A stretch of 64,000 bases of DNA from an uncultured cyanobacterium. Lineage in GTDB: Bacteria; Cyanobacteriota; Cyanobacteriia; PCC-9006; JAAUQQ01. The notes below the pieces were generated by a model. That model had not been told where the DNA came from, ran no database searches, and saw nothing but the letters and a program-made list of their open reading frames with translations. Position numbers and translations under genes: made by a program. The stretch lies in the NCBI GenBank assembly GCA_963718615.1, contig OY970368.1, positions 3,744,001-3,808,000 of the forward strand. The letters run 5' to 3'. Shown here in pieces: positions 1 through 9,270 of this stretch; within the stretch, counting starts at the first letter, position 1, and every line of letters starts with the position of its first letter.

Positions 1-1
1 T

Positions 2-163
2 TTGGATGCTTTACATGTGGCTTCAGCAGAAGCAGCAGGCTGCGATTATTTGCTGACTTGCGATCGCCGCTTGATCAATCGCTGCCAGAGTTTGACGTTG
101 CGAGTAATAAATCCAACTGATTTTGTTGTGGAGGTGGATGATGACGATTCAAGTATTGAATGA
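2..163 (+). CDS. PIN-domain (VapC-like) toxin, 3' part truncated by window edge
   Basis: Manual translation LDALHVASAEAAGCDYLLTCDRRL...INPTDF, which carries the PIN C-terminal DALH/LTxD motifs; stop TGA at 161-163. Confidence 0.8.
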   Translation: MDALHVASAEAAGCDYLLTCDRRLINRCQSLTLRVINPTDFVVEVDDDDSSIE

Positions 164-395
164 GCAACAGGTGATTCATGAGGCGTTGCAGGTTTTGATG
201 GCAAATCTGGATCTATCTAAGGTGATTCGGTTTTGGGCGGCTTCTGGATTGGGGCAGGGAGATTATCTTCAGATTAGGATGCAGCTTTTCGCGGGGGAGT
301 CTGTGGATAGTCTTTATGACAAGATGATGGCGTTTGAGCAGCAGATTCAAGAGTTCTCGGAGGAATCGCCCTCTGCAAAAGTCTCCAGCTCCTAA
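138..395 (+). CDS. Small hypothetical protein, probable partner/antitoxin of the PIN toxin
   Basis: ORF MMTIQVLNEQQVIHEAL...GQGDYL... overlaps the PIN gene stop, a typical TA layout. Confidence 0.6.
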   Translation: MMTIQVLNEQQVIHEALQVLMANLDLSKVIRFWAASGLGQGDYLQIRMQLFAGESVDSLYDKMMAFEQQIQEFSEESPSAKVSSS

Positions 396-454
396 GTTTG
401 CAACACGTACCCCAAATCGACGAGCCAGACTGCGCTACGCTCGGGGCTACTCAT
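392..454 (-). pseudogene. Truncated MazF/PemK toxin N-terminus
   Basis: Minus strand reads MSSPERSAVWLVDLGYVLQT*, resembling the RGEVWLVDLG start of MazF-type toxins; ATG overlaps the end of ORF 447-698. Confidence 0.65.
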
Positions 455-698
455 AGCTGGCCTCTTCTTCGTCGAGGGTTAAGAAAAGTTCTTCGGCATT
501 GAGGACCAAATCCTCATCGGTCAGGGGAGGAAATTCAAGGTGGATGAGCCGTCTCAGGATCTCCAGCGCAACCTGGATTTGCTCACTGTCAGGCAATCCG
601 TCAAAGTTGCTGAGGATCTGTTGAGCGAGGGCTGTCTTAGCGATGTCACTCAATATAGCGCTTATCCGTCCCATCGTCATAGGACAGATACTCTTCAA
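447..698 (-). CDS. Small acidic hypothetical protein, probable antitoxin (true start possibly TTG at 653)
   Basis: Acidic C-terminus PPLTDEDLVLNAEELFLTLDEEE; directly coupled to the MazF remnant. Confidence 0.6.
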   Translation of the reverse strand: MKSICPMTMGRISAILSDIAKTALAQQILSNFDGLPDSEQIQVALEILRRLIHLEFPPLTDEDLVLNAEELFLTLDEEEASYE

Positions 699-743
699 AA
701 TTCATGGAGGTGGTAGAAGCATCTATCATTTACGATGTCTCCG

Positions 744-1331
744 TTATTGACCAGAGATAAGAACTTCAGCCGCTGTCAAATGCCAGTTTGGGAATGCTGG
801 AGACATCATCACATCACCATTCTGAAACTCTGTGTAATCGTAAGATTGCCCGACCAGACAACCCACCCGAATCACACCTCTCATCGGATCAGTAATCCAG
901 TATTCAGCAATACCTCGCTTTGCATACTCCGCTGGCTTCTGCTCATAATCGCGCTTGTAATTATCCGAAAATTTATCTCCTGGGCTCACGACCTCAATGA
1001 CCAGTACCGGATTCGGGTCATAACGCTTGAGGCAGGCTTCTGAACGACCCGATATTGCCCCTGCCGATGCCTCAGAATGCACAATCAAATCCGGGTCACG
1101 CGCCGTCACATACCGGCTCTCCACCTCAATTTTTTCCTTAATCCCCAGGCGGTCGTAGTCCACAAGCTGGAGAAACGCCTGAATCAGAAACAACGCAATC
1201 TTGATATTGGCTCGACTCTCCGCACCCATCTCCACCAATACCCCATCCACTAATTCATAGCGCCGATCGGTTCCATCGTCGTAGCTCAGGAACTCCTCAA
1301 GGCTCATGCGTTGCTCTGTTGCGGCTGTCAT
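744..1331 (-). CDS. Uma2 family (PD-(D/E)XK) endonuclease
   Basis: RYELVDG, RDPDL, LVIEVVSPG, YAKRGIAEYWITDP motifs. Confidence 0.92.
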   Translation of the reverse strand: MTAATEQRMSLEEFLSYDDGTDRRYELVDGVLVEMGAESRANIKIALFLIQAFLQLVDYDRLGIKEKIEVESRYVTARDPDLIVHSEASAGAISGRSEACLKRYDPNPVLVIEVVSPGDKFSDNYKRDYEQKPAEYAKRGIAEYWITDPMRGVIRVGCLVGQSYDYTEFQNGDVMMSPAFPNWHLTAAEVLISGQ

Positions 1332-1422
1332 AGCGATCGCCTCATGCCCAGTGATTACGTACAGCGCCCTATGACTCCATCATAACCAACTGGGCTGAGC
1401 GCCGTGACAAAATAGAAAAGAA

Positions 1423-4017
1423 CTAAACCACCACAAAATTCACCAGTTTCCCCGGCACCACAATCACCTTCTTCACCGTCTTGCCCTCAATAAACTTCTG
1501 CGCCACATCTGACTCCCGCGCCAACTGCTCTAGCGTTGCCTTATCGGAACTCGCAGGCACCTGAAGGGTTCCCCGAGTTTTGCCCATAATCTGGATAACC
1601 AAAGTAATCTCATCCGCAACTAATGCCTGGGGATCAAACTGTGGCCAAGCCTCTAAGTGAATCGAAGATTCATGGCCCAAGCCATGCCAGAGATCTTCTG
1701 CGAGGTGAGGCGAGAACGGAGCCAACAGCTTCAGCAACGTTTCCACCCCTTCGTTGTAGATCGCACTGTCGGCAATCTCCTTGGCATCGCCTAGGGCGTT
1801 GTTCAGCTTCATCAGCTCCGACACCGCCGTATTGAACTGGTAGTCATCCTCCAGATCCTCGGTGATCGCCTGAATTGCTATGTGGATGGCGCGACGCAAT
1901 TCTTTTTCGGGTTTAGTTAGGGCATCGGCTGCGGACGAACGGCTGTTCGTCCCTACGGGGGGGGCTGTGTTTTCGGCGTGAGCCGTCGCCGTGCGCCAGA
2001 CGCGGTTCAAAAACCGGAATTGGCCTTCCACGTCGGCATCATCCCACTCCAGATCCTTCTCCGGCGGAGCCTTGAACAAAATGAACATACGCGCCGTGTC
2101 TGCCCCATACTTGTCCACCACATCGCCGGGTGCAACGCCGTTGAACTTGGACTTGGACATTTTTTCGTAGGTGGTCACCAGCGCTTCACCGGTTTCCGGA
2201 TCAACTGGATTGTTCACGTCCGCCAAGTCCTCCGGGGCGAGGTATTTGCCGGTGGTCGGGTTCTTGTAGGCCATGGCTTGGACCATGCCTTGGGTCAGCA
2301 ACTTTTTGAAGGGTTCGTCGAAGTTGAGTAGACCGCGATCGCGCAACACCTTCGTAAAGAATCGCGAATACAACAAATGCAAAATCGCGTGCTCAATCCC
2401 TCCCACATACTGGTCCACCGGCAACCAGTCATTCACCTTCTCCGGGGAAAAAACCTGCTCCTCATTGCCCGCATCGGGATAGCGCAGGAAGTACCAAGAC
2501 GAATCCAAAAACGTATCCATCGTGTCCGTCTCCCGCTGAGCAGGCTTGCCACAACTCGGACAGGGTACATTAATCCAGTCCTCCATTTTCGACAGCGGTG
2601 ACGCTCCCTTGCCCGTGAATTCTACGTTCTGGGGCAGTTGCACCGGCAAATCCCCATCGGGCACCGGCACCGCACCGCAGTCCTCACAGTGGATAATCGG
2701 AATCGGCGCACCCCAGTAACGTTGGCGGGAGACGAGCCAGTCGCGCAGGCGGTAGTTAGTGGTGCCGTGGCCGATCTGCTTTTCTTCGAGGTAGGCGATC
2801 GCCACCCCCACAGACTGACCTTTCCCCTTCCCCGCCTTGACGCCGTCCAACGGCCCCGAATTCACCATCACCCCATCACCGGGATAGGCTTCGGTCATGG
2901 TTTCGCTATCGAGGCTTGCCCCGTCCGGCTGCACCACGGCTTTGATCGGCAGCTCAAACTTACGGGCAAAGTCAAAGTCCCGCTGGTCGTGGGCGGGTAC
3001 GGCCATGATCGCGCCCGTGCCGTAGTCCATCATCACGTAGTCTGCGGTCCAGATGGGGATTTTGGCATCGTTGACCGGGTTAATGGCATAGCTGCCGGTC
3101 CAGACGCCGGTTTTTTCACGGCCTTCTGCCGTGCGATCGATCGTGCTCATGTTGGCGGCGGCTTTTTGGTAGGTGGCGATCGCCTTTTTCTGCGTTTTCG
3201 TCGTCAGCTTGTCAATCAACGGATGCTCCGGCGAAATCACCATAAACGTCGCCCCCCAAAGGGTATCGGGGCGAGTTGTATAAACCACCAAATCATCCCC
3301 AGCCTCCGTATGAAACGTTACCTGGGCTCCGGTAGACTTGCCAATCCAGTTGGCCTGCATGGTTTTGACGCGATCGGGCCAGCCGTCGAGCTGGTCCAAA
3401 TCCTTGAGCAACTGGTCCGCATAGTCGGTGATCTTAAAGAACCACTGCTTCAGCAACTTACGTTCCACCTTGGCACCGGAGCGCCAGGAGCGGCCTTCGC
3501 TGTCTACCTGCTCATTGGCCAAGACGGTTTGATCGATGGGGTCCCAGTTTACCGCTGCTTCCTTTTGGTAGGCCAAGCCCGCTTCGAAGAACTGTAGGAA
3601 AATCCACTGGGTCCAGCGGTAGTAATTGGGCAGGCAGGTGGCGACTTCGCGGTCCCAGTCGTAGGAGAGGCCCAGGGCTCGCAATTGGTCGCGCATTTGG
3701 TCAATATTTTTCAGTGTCCAATCCGCTGGGGGCACGCCTCGTTGAATGGCGGCGTTCTCTGCCGGTAAACCAAAGGCATCCCAGCCCATGGGGTGCAGTA
3801 CGCGGAAGCCCTGCATCCGCCGCACGCGGGCAATCACGTCGGTAATCGTGTAGTTGCGCACATGGCCCATGTGCAGGTTGCCGGAGGGGTACGGGAACAT
3901 GGAGAGGGCATAGTATTTGGGCTTTTCTGAGTCTTCAGAGGTCTGGTCTAGACCTTGGTCGGCCCATGCGGCTTGCCATTTTTTCTCGATGTCGGCTGGG
4001 TTGTAACGAGACTCCAC
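1423..4017 (-). CDS. leuS: Leucine--tRNA ligase
   Basis: [13 protein letters not shown] (HIGH-like), [17 protein letters not shown]; likely GTG start at 4017 after a GGGAG RBS. Confidence 0.98.
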   Translation of the reverse strand: MESRYNPADIEKKWQAAWADQGLDQTSEDSEKPKYYALSMFPYPSGNLHMGHVRNYTITDVIARVRRMQGFRVLHPMGWDAFGLPAENAAIQRGVPPADWTLKNIDQMRDQLRALGLSYDWDREVATCLPNYYRWTQWIFLQFFEAGLAYQKEAAVNWDPIDQTVLANEQVDSEGRSWRSGAKVERKLLKQWFFKITDYADQLLKDLDQLDGWPDRVKTMQANWIGKSTGAQVTFHTEAGDDLVVYTTRPDTLWGATFMVISPEHPLIDKLTTKTQKKAIATYQKAAANMSTIDRTAEGREKTGVWTGSYAINPVNDAKIPIWTADYVMMDYGTGAIMAVPAHDQRDFDFARKFELPIKAVVQPDGASLDSETMTEAYPGDGVMVNSGPLDGVKAGKGKGQSVGVAIAYLEEKQIGHGTTNYRLRDWLVSRQRYWGAPIPIIHCEDCGAVPVPDGDLPVQLPQNVEFTGKGASPLSKMEDWINVPCPSCGKPAQRETDTMDTFLDSSWYFLRYPDAGNEEQVFSPEKVNDWLPVDQYVGGIEHAILHLLYSRFFTKVLRDRGLLNFDEPFKKLLTQGMVQAMAYKNPTTGKYLAPEDLADVNNPVDPETGEALVTTYEKMSKSKFNGVAPGDVVDKYGADTARMFILFKAPPEKDLEWDDADVEGQFRFLNRVWRTATAHAENTAPPVGTNSRSSAADALTKPEKELRRAIHIAIQAITEDLEDDYQFNTAVSELMKLNNALGDAKEIADSAIYNEGVETLLKLLAPFSPHLAEDLWHGLGHESSIHLEAWPQFDPQALVADEITLVIQIMGKTRGTLQVPASSDKATLEQLARESDVAQKFIEGKTVKKVIVVPGKLVNFVVV

Positions 4018-4268
4018 GAAACCTACTCCCGCTGGATAACTGGATAAATATTCAATGCGATACACGATTGTAGGCTGATGCCGGGGCGATCGCCCATCAT
4101 CTCATGAGATTGAGAAGGGGAATTGGTGAGGGGGCCAGGTTTTGCTACACAGAAACGAATATATGGGGTGGGAATTCTCAGGATTCGGCAGCGTGAATTT
4201 TTTATGAATAACACTAACGGCTCGTTCGGATAGTCCTGATATGAGTCAGTTAGGAGATACAAGTTCTC

Positions 4269-4607
4269 ATGCACTACTATTCAAGAGTTCTCAAAAACTA
4301 CGCTGTCTTCGAAGGCCGTGCTCGTCGAAAAGAATACTGGATGTTTGTGCTATTCAATCTCTTGATTAGCTTCGCTCTACGGTTTCTCGAGCACATCTTG
4401 GGGGGTGCAACCGCAACAGACCAGAGTGTACTGAGCACAATCTATCAGCTTGCTGTCTTATTGCCCAGTCTGGCTGTTGGAGTTCGACGGATGCACGATG
4501 TCAACCGCAGTGGTTGGTGGCTCTTAGTCCCGATAGCCAACTTCATTTTCTCGATCACTGAAGGAGACCTTGGCGATAACAAGTACGGGACAGATCCGAA
4601 GCGATAG
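4269..4607 (+). CDS. DUF805 membrane protein
   Basis: FEGRARRKEYW, AVGVRRMHDVNRSGWW, NKYG motifs. Confidence 0.9.
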   Translation: MHYYSRVLKNYAVFEGRARRKEYWMFVLFNLLISFALRFLEHILGGATATDQSVLSTIYQLAVLLPSLAVGVRRMHDVNRSGWWLLVPIANFIFSITEGDLGDNKYGTDPKR

Positions 4608-4930
4608 GTTGAGATCTTAGGTTGCTTGGCGAGATTGGCGATCGAATTGGCCGAACTGCCAAATGTTGCCTATGGAAATTGTCCCCTGGAGGATGGGTTG
4701 ATCGGCATCGATCCAATGATCCAGCGCGTTGTCTTCGCGTCATAGGATAAATATAACGTCGCATCTGGTACAGGTAGCTGCGCCAACCCTGGCCCCGCTA
4801 CCAAGGCCAACCCACCCAGTCCAAGCGCCATAGCACCGCTTAATTCCATTAGCTGTACCCAGACTCAATAAACTCCTCGATCGTATCCCCCCCCATGCTC
4901 CCCAGCAAAACTGCACAAATCTTACAAGAG

Positions 4931-5227
4931 CTACTGCTCTATGAACAAAGCCTCTAAATCTCGATACCCACTCACAACCCGCAACACCTCAATTCCATCT
5001 ACCAAAGGGACATAAAAAACAATGTAGTCCGCAACCACAAATCCCCGCAAACCTTGTCTCAACCGCTCATACCGCTTCCCCATATTTGGAAATTGGGCAA
5101 CTAGCCTACACTTCTTGCGAATCACATCGAACAACTCACTCGCAGCATCAGGATTCTCCATCGCGATAGAATCACACACAGTCGTCAAATCCTGTACAGC
5201 CAGTGGCGAGAAACGATAGATGCCCAT
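4931..5227 (-). CDS. ParE/RelE family toxin
   Basis: SPLAVQDL...FPNMG...LRGF...YIVFY...IEVLRVVSGYRDL. Confidence 0.88.
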   Translation of the reverse strand: MGIYRFSPLAVQDLTTVCDSIAMENPDAASELFDVIRKKCRLVAQFPNMGKRYERLRQGLRGFVVADYIVFYVPLVDGIEVLRVVSGYRDLEALFIEQ

Positions 5228-5235
5228 ACAAAAGC

Positions 5236-5565
5236 CTAAACCTGATGCTGCTCCGCCGCAATCCGAGCAATCCGAGTTTGGAGTGCCTCAAAAACCACTT
5301 CCCCATCTACTCCTTGGCCCGCCTCCAACTCAGCCGCTCCCGCCGAAATCATGCCCCGTAACTCTTGCAAGCGCCGCTCCTGATCCGCCACCCACGGCAA
5401 CACTTCCGTCACAACTGCACTCGGCGTAGAAACCTGTTTCTGCGCCAAAATTACCAGTAATTGCGCAATAAACTGCTGTAACTCAGGGACCGAAAACTCA
5501 TCCATCGCCCGCACGAGATCCGTCGGAGATAGCTGAACCTCTAGTTGAAGCGTTGTCATCACCAT
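5236..5565 (-). CDS. ParD-like antitoxin with atypical N-terminus
   Basis: C-terminus RLQELRGMISAGAAELEAGQGVDGEVVF resembles ParD; 8 nt upstream of parE; AGGAGA RBS before ATG 5565. Confidence 0.7.
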   Translation of the reverse strand: MVMTTLQLEVQLSPTDLVRAMDEFSVPELQQFIAQLLVILAQKQVSTPSAVVTEVLPWVADQERRLQELRGMISAGAAELEAGQGVDGEVVFEALQTRIARIAAEQHQV

Positions 5566-5743
5566 TCTCCTAAACACATACTTCCTCCAGTTTACATGCA
5601 TATAACTGGCAACACACTCCAGGATCAGAGGCTAAAGCCCTGACTGTCGTCGTGAATCTTGATCGACCCCTCCCACATAGTCTGTAGAAACTACAATAGA
5701 CCCGCCCGATCTAGCCGTCATCGCAGACCGTGAATTGGCCGAA

Positions 5744-6609
5744 ATGATCACTCCAACTGCCTCTCCTCATCCCTATCGCGGACGCCTTGCCCCAACCCCC
5801 TCCGGCCATTTGCATTTGGGCCATGGGTGTACCTTTTGGCTTGCCCAGCAGCGGGCGATCGCCGCCCAAGGCCACCTCATCCTCCGCATCGAAGACCTCG
5901 ACCAAGCCCGCTGTAAGCCCCATTACCAACAGGACCTGATCGAAGATTTACAATGGCTAGGGTTGCAATGGCAAGAAGGCCCAGACCTAGGAGGACCTCA
6001 CCATCCTTATAATCAACAACAAAGATTGTTGACTTACCAACAGACTTGGCAGCAGCTCAATCAAGCCCGTGCCATTTATCCCAGTCCCCACTCCCGCCGG
6101 GACGTTGCCCATGCCCTAAGTGCCCCCCATGAGGGCGATCGCGAAATCCTGTTCCCCCCCAGCTTCGCCCCTCAGATTGGCCCTTTGCAGAACAACCCGG
6201 CAGCGTCAACTGGCGTTTTCAGGTTCCCGATGGCGTCGTTATTCGCTTTCAAGACCAACGCCTCGGCGACGTTGCCTTTACCGCTGGCGTAGATTTTGGA
6301 GACTTCATCGTGTGGCGCAAAGACGGGTTTCCCAGCTACGAACTCGCCGTCGTGGCCGATGACCATGCCATGGCCATTTCTGAGGTCGTACGGGGCGAAG
6401 ATCTGCTGCTCTCCACCGCCAAACAGATCTTGCTCTATCAAACCCTCGGCTGGCCTTGTCCGGCGTTTTACCATTGCCCCCTCCTGCGAGATGCCCAAGG
6501 CAAACGCTTGGCGAAACGCGATCGATCCACAGCCCTGTGGACTTTAAGACAACAGGGCGTTTCGCCTGCAACTCTCCTGCAAGGGTTCCTCGATTCATAC
6601 CTGTTCTAG
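5744..6609 (+). pseudogene. gluQ: Glutamyl-Q tRNA(Asp) synthetase, split by a 1-nt frameshift in the C7 run at 6154-6160 (real, or a sequencing error)
   Basis: N-part GRLAPTPSGHLHLGH and LRIEDLD; adding one C restores ...PPQLRPSDW...VNWRFQVPD...FGDFIVWRKDG...YELAVVADD...VVRGEDLL...RLAKRD. Confidence 0.88.
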
Positions 6610-6662
6610 GGAAATTCAGACGCTATGCTGGATGCTGAATCTATTGAACTCCGTGTATTCTT

Positions 6663-7409
6663 TTGGCTTCTTTGCAACGACTGGTGATCACCCCGGATCA
6701 ACTCCAGGGCGATCGCCTCATCCTCACCTCTGAACAGCAACATTATCTGCGGCGGGTGCTGCGGTTGAAGGGGGGCGATCGCTTTTTGGCGACCACGGGG
6801 CAGGGCAACCTGTGGCTGGCTCAGTTGCCCCTGGCTGACCCAACCGGGGAAGCACACCTGCTCGAACAACGTTCTGGCCCCCCACCCCTGCCGGTCGAGA
6901 TTTACCTGCTGGCGGCACTGCCCAAAACCGGATTTGACGAGGTGGTTCGTCAGGCGACAGAATTGGGGGTCGGACAAATTATGCCGGTCATCAGCGAACG
7001 GACGCTGCTCAAGCCCAGTCCCCAAAAATTGGAGCGCTGGCGACGGATTGCCCAGGAGGCCACAGAACAATGTGAGCGAGCCGAGGTTCCTGCAATTGCA
7101 GACCCGCTGTCTTGGGTGCAGGTGCTGACCCAGCCTGTCATCACAGAGATTCCGGTCACGGGGCGGTTTCTCTGCGCCGCCCGAGGAGCCTCGGCCCCGC
7201 TCTGGCAGACGGTACAGAGGAGTCACAAGGCTCAAAATTCAAGGATTGCGCTGGCAGTGGGTCCCGAGGGGGGCTGGACTCCAGGGGAGATAGAAACTGC
7301 CATTGCCCACCAGTTTCAGCCCGTTTCCCTTGGCTCTACCATTCTGCGCGCCGTGACGGCCCCCTTGGCGGCGATCGCGCTGATTCAGGCGGTTTATAGT
7401 AAAAGCTAA
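6663..7409 (+). CDS. rsmE: 16S rRNA m3U1498 methyltransferase
   Basis: HYLRRVLRL, EATEQCER, VGPEGGWT, SLGSTILRAVTA. Confidence 0.95.
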   Translation: MASLQRLVITPDQLQGDRLILTSEQQHYLRRVLRLKGGDRFLATTGQGNLWLAQLPLADPTGEAHLLEQRSGPPPLPVEIYLLAALPKTGFDEVVRQATELGVGQIMPVISERTLLKPSPQKLERWRRIAQEATEQCERAEVPAIADPLSWVQVLTQPVITEIPVTGRFLCAARGASAPLWQTVQRSHKAQNSRIALAVGPEGGWTPGEIETAIAHQFQPVSLGSTILRAVTAPLAAIALIQAVYSKS

Positions 7410-7439
7410 CGGGTGCGTTTACTGATTTTTTAGGTCACT

Positions 7440-8552
7440 ATGCTGGAACCCATTGCCCAGGCGTTGGAGCGCCAAGACTATCGAACGGCGGCTCAGTTGC
7501 TCAAACCGCTGATTCAGCAAAATCCCAAGGATCCTTGGGTGCAGTTTTATGTGGCGAGGGTCCATGAAGGGACGAACCAGGCCGAAAAAGCGGAGACCCT
7601 CTATCGCAAATTGCTCAAGGTTTCGACCAACCCCAAACTGATTAAGCAGGCGCGGGAAGGGCTGCTGCGCCTTGAAGCCCGTGAACGGGAGGCCCGCCAG
7701 CGGGCGATCGCCCAAGCCACCACAGATTCCCAGCGCACGGGCCTAGGGGGATTAATCCTCGAACCCTTATCGAATGAGGCTAAAACAGCGGTGGTGCCAG
7801 CCTTTGCGCGACTGATGCAGCTAGAGGCTTACACCGCCCGATTGCTGTTACCCAGTCGCAATTGGCGCTTCTATCGCACGGGCAAAATTGGCGAATTGGA
7901 GGTGTATGCGCAATCGCTGCGGGAGATTGGCGTTCCGGCCTTTTGTGTCGCCCTCGCAGATGTCGCTCGGATTCCAGTGATTCAGGCGCGGGATCTAAAG
8001 CGTTTGGGCGATCGCTGGGTCATTCCCCAGTTGGCCTCGGAAACCGCAGCCAATTTTGAGTTTTTTCCTCGGGAGGTGCGAGCCTGTGTAGAGGGAGCAT
8101 TGCCCTGGTTTGAGTCGGTGATCGATCGTGGTCCCTCCTCTAAAACGCCCATCGTCCGAAAGGAGCAGGTGAAGGACTATACGAAAATGTTGGATCTACA
8201 TCTGTCTGCACAGGTGATTGTACGGTTCTGCGATCGCACCTATCACTATCCCCGCGATCCCGATTCGCTGGATTCTCGCTATGCCACGACGCCTCAGTTG
8301 TGGAGCCAATTTAAGCAGTCGATCCAGCCGCAGGTGCCGGAAATTGTGGGGAGCGATCGCTTTGTGAGCTTTGCGGATACGGTCTTGGAACAAGAGGAGT
8401 TTCTGCGCCAAATTTCAGCCCAGATTGAACTCTCCACGGCGGATGCTTTGATTTCCCGCGACGATGCGCCGCCTTGGCACCAAGCCTTTCACCTGTACAG
8501 TAGTTGCTTTACAATCAAAGACGGTTTTTGCGATCGCCCCTATGCCCCTTGA
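7440..8552 (+). CDS. N-terminal TPR-containing cyanobacterial hypothetical protein
   Basis: N-terminal TPR-like helices (ALERQDYRTAAQLLK...WVQFYVARVHE...AETLYRKLL). Confidence 0.7.
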   Translation: MLEPIAQALERQDYRTAAQLLKPLIQQNPKDPWVQFYVARVHEGTNQAEKAETLYRKLLKVSTNPKLIKQAREGLLRLEAREREARQRAIAQATTDSQRTGLGGLILEPLSNEAKTAVVPAFARLMQLEAYTARLLLPSRNWRFYRTGKIGELEVYAQSLREIGVPAFCVALADVARIPVIQARDLKRLGDRWVIPQLASETAANFEFFPREVRACVEGALPWFESVIDRGPSSKTPIVRKEQVKDYTKMLDLHLSAQVIVRFCDRTYHYPRDPDSLDSRYATTPQLWSQFKQSIQPQVPEIVGSDRFVSFADTVLEQEEFLRQISAQIELSTADALISRDDAPPWHQAFHLYSSCFTIKDGFCDRPYAP

Positions 8553-9261
8553 TACTTGGTTTCCCCTTGCGATTTACTACGAAGATTTACCGGAGGCCCG
8601 TCAGCATAAAGCAGCCTTGATCGATGCGGTTTTGCAGCTTGAAGCGGATGGCCATGAGCCGCGCAACTTTCCCGAAATGGCTTGGACGGGGGATTTGCAC
8701 GGGGTAGAGCGCATCCATCGAGATCCCCGGTTTTCCTGGGTGATTGAACAGGTAGAGGCCCATACGCTGAACTATCTAGATCAGCTTGGGGTCGATTTAG
8801 AAAAGATTGAGCTGTATATTCAACGGGGCTGGCCCGTGATCTCTCGCCATCAGCAGGAGGTGGGAGCCCATTGTCATAATACTTCGCATATTAGCGCAGT
8901 GTATTACCTTTCAGTGCCCAATTCCGGGAGTGATGAATCGGGTTGTTTAGTGTTTTTTGATCATGCCCGTCCCAATGAAGTTAGCCCCGGTTTAGGAAGC
9001 GAGAATACCGATATTATTGCCACCTGGAATGAGCTGAATCAGGATCAAGCCATGTATGAACCTGTAGAGGGACGACTGTTGCTCTTTCCCTCGAAGCAAC
9101 GCCATGCCGTGACGCTCAACCATACAGAGATTCCTCGGATTTCCCTGTCCTTTGATATTGTCATGACGGCGATCGCAGGAGAAGTAGCGGGTTCCTACGA
9201 ATTCCTCACTCCACCCCCGAGTCAATGGCAGCAGTTTGGTCAGTTACGTCAGCTGGGTTGA
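8542..9261 (+). CDS. Putative 2OG-Fe(II) oxygenase (TIGR02466-like)
   Basis: AHCHNTSHISAVYYL, LLLFPSKQRHAV, RISLSFD; start MPLDTWFP overlaps the upstream stop. Confidence 0.8.
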   Translation: MPLDTWFPLAIYYEDLPEARQHKAALIDAVLQLEADGHEPRNFPEMAWTGDLHGVERIHRDPRFSWVIEQVEAHTLNYLDQLGVDLEKIELYIQRGWPVISRHQQEVGAHCHNTSHISAVYYLSVPNSGSDESGCLVFFDHARPNEVSPGLGSENTDIIATWNELNQDQAMYEPVEGRLLLFPSKQRHAVTLNHTEIPRISLSFDIVMTAIAGEVAGSYEFLTPPPSQWQQFGQLRQLG

Positions 9262-9270
9262 GGGGATTGA

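Noticed and set aside
2638-3597. Long + strand ORF (319 aa), and similar shadow ORFs such as 52832-53572, 57723-58421 and 41402-42082
   Set aside because: Antisense or alternate-frame shadows of well-supported genes; no family motifs
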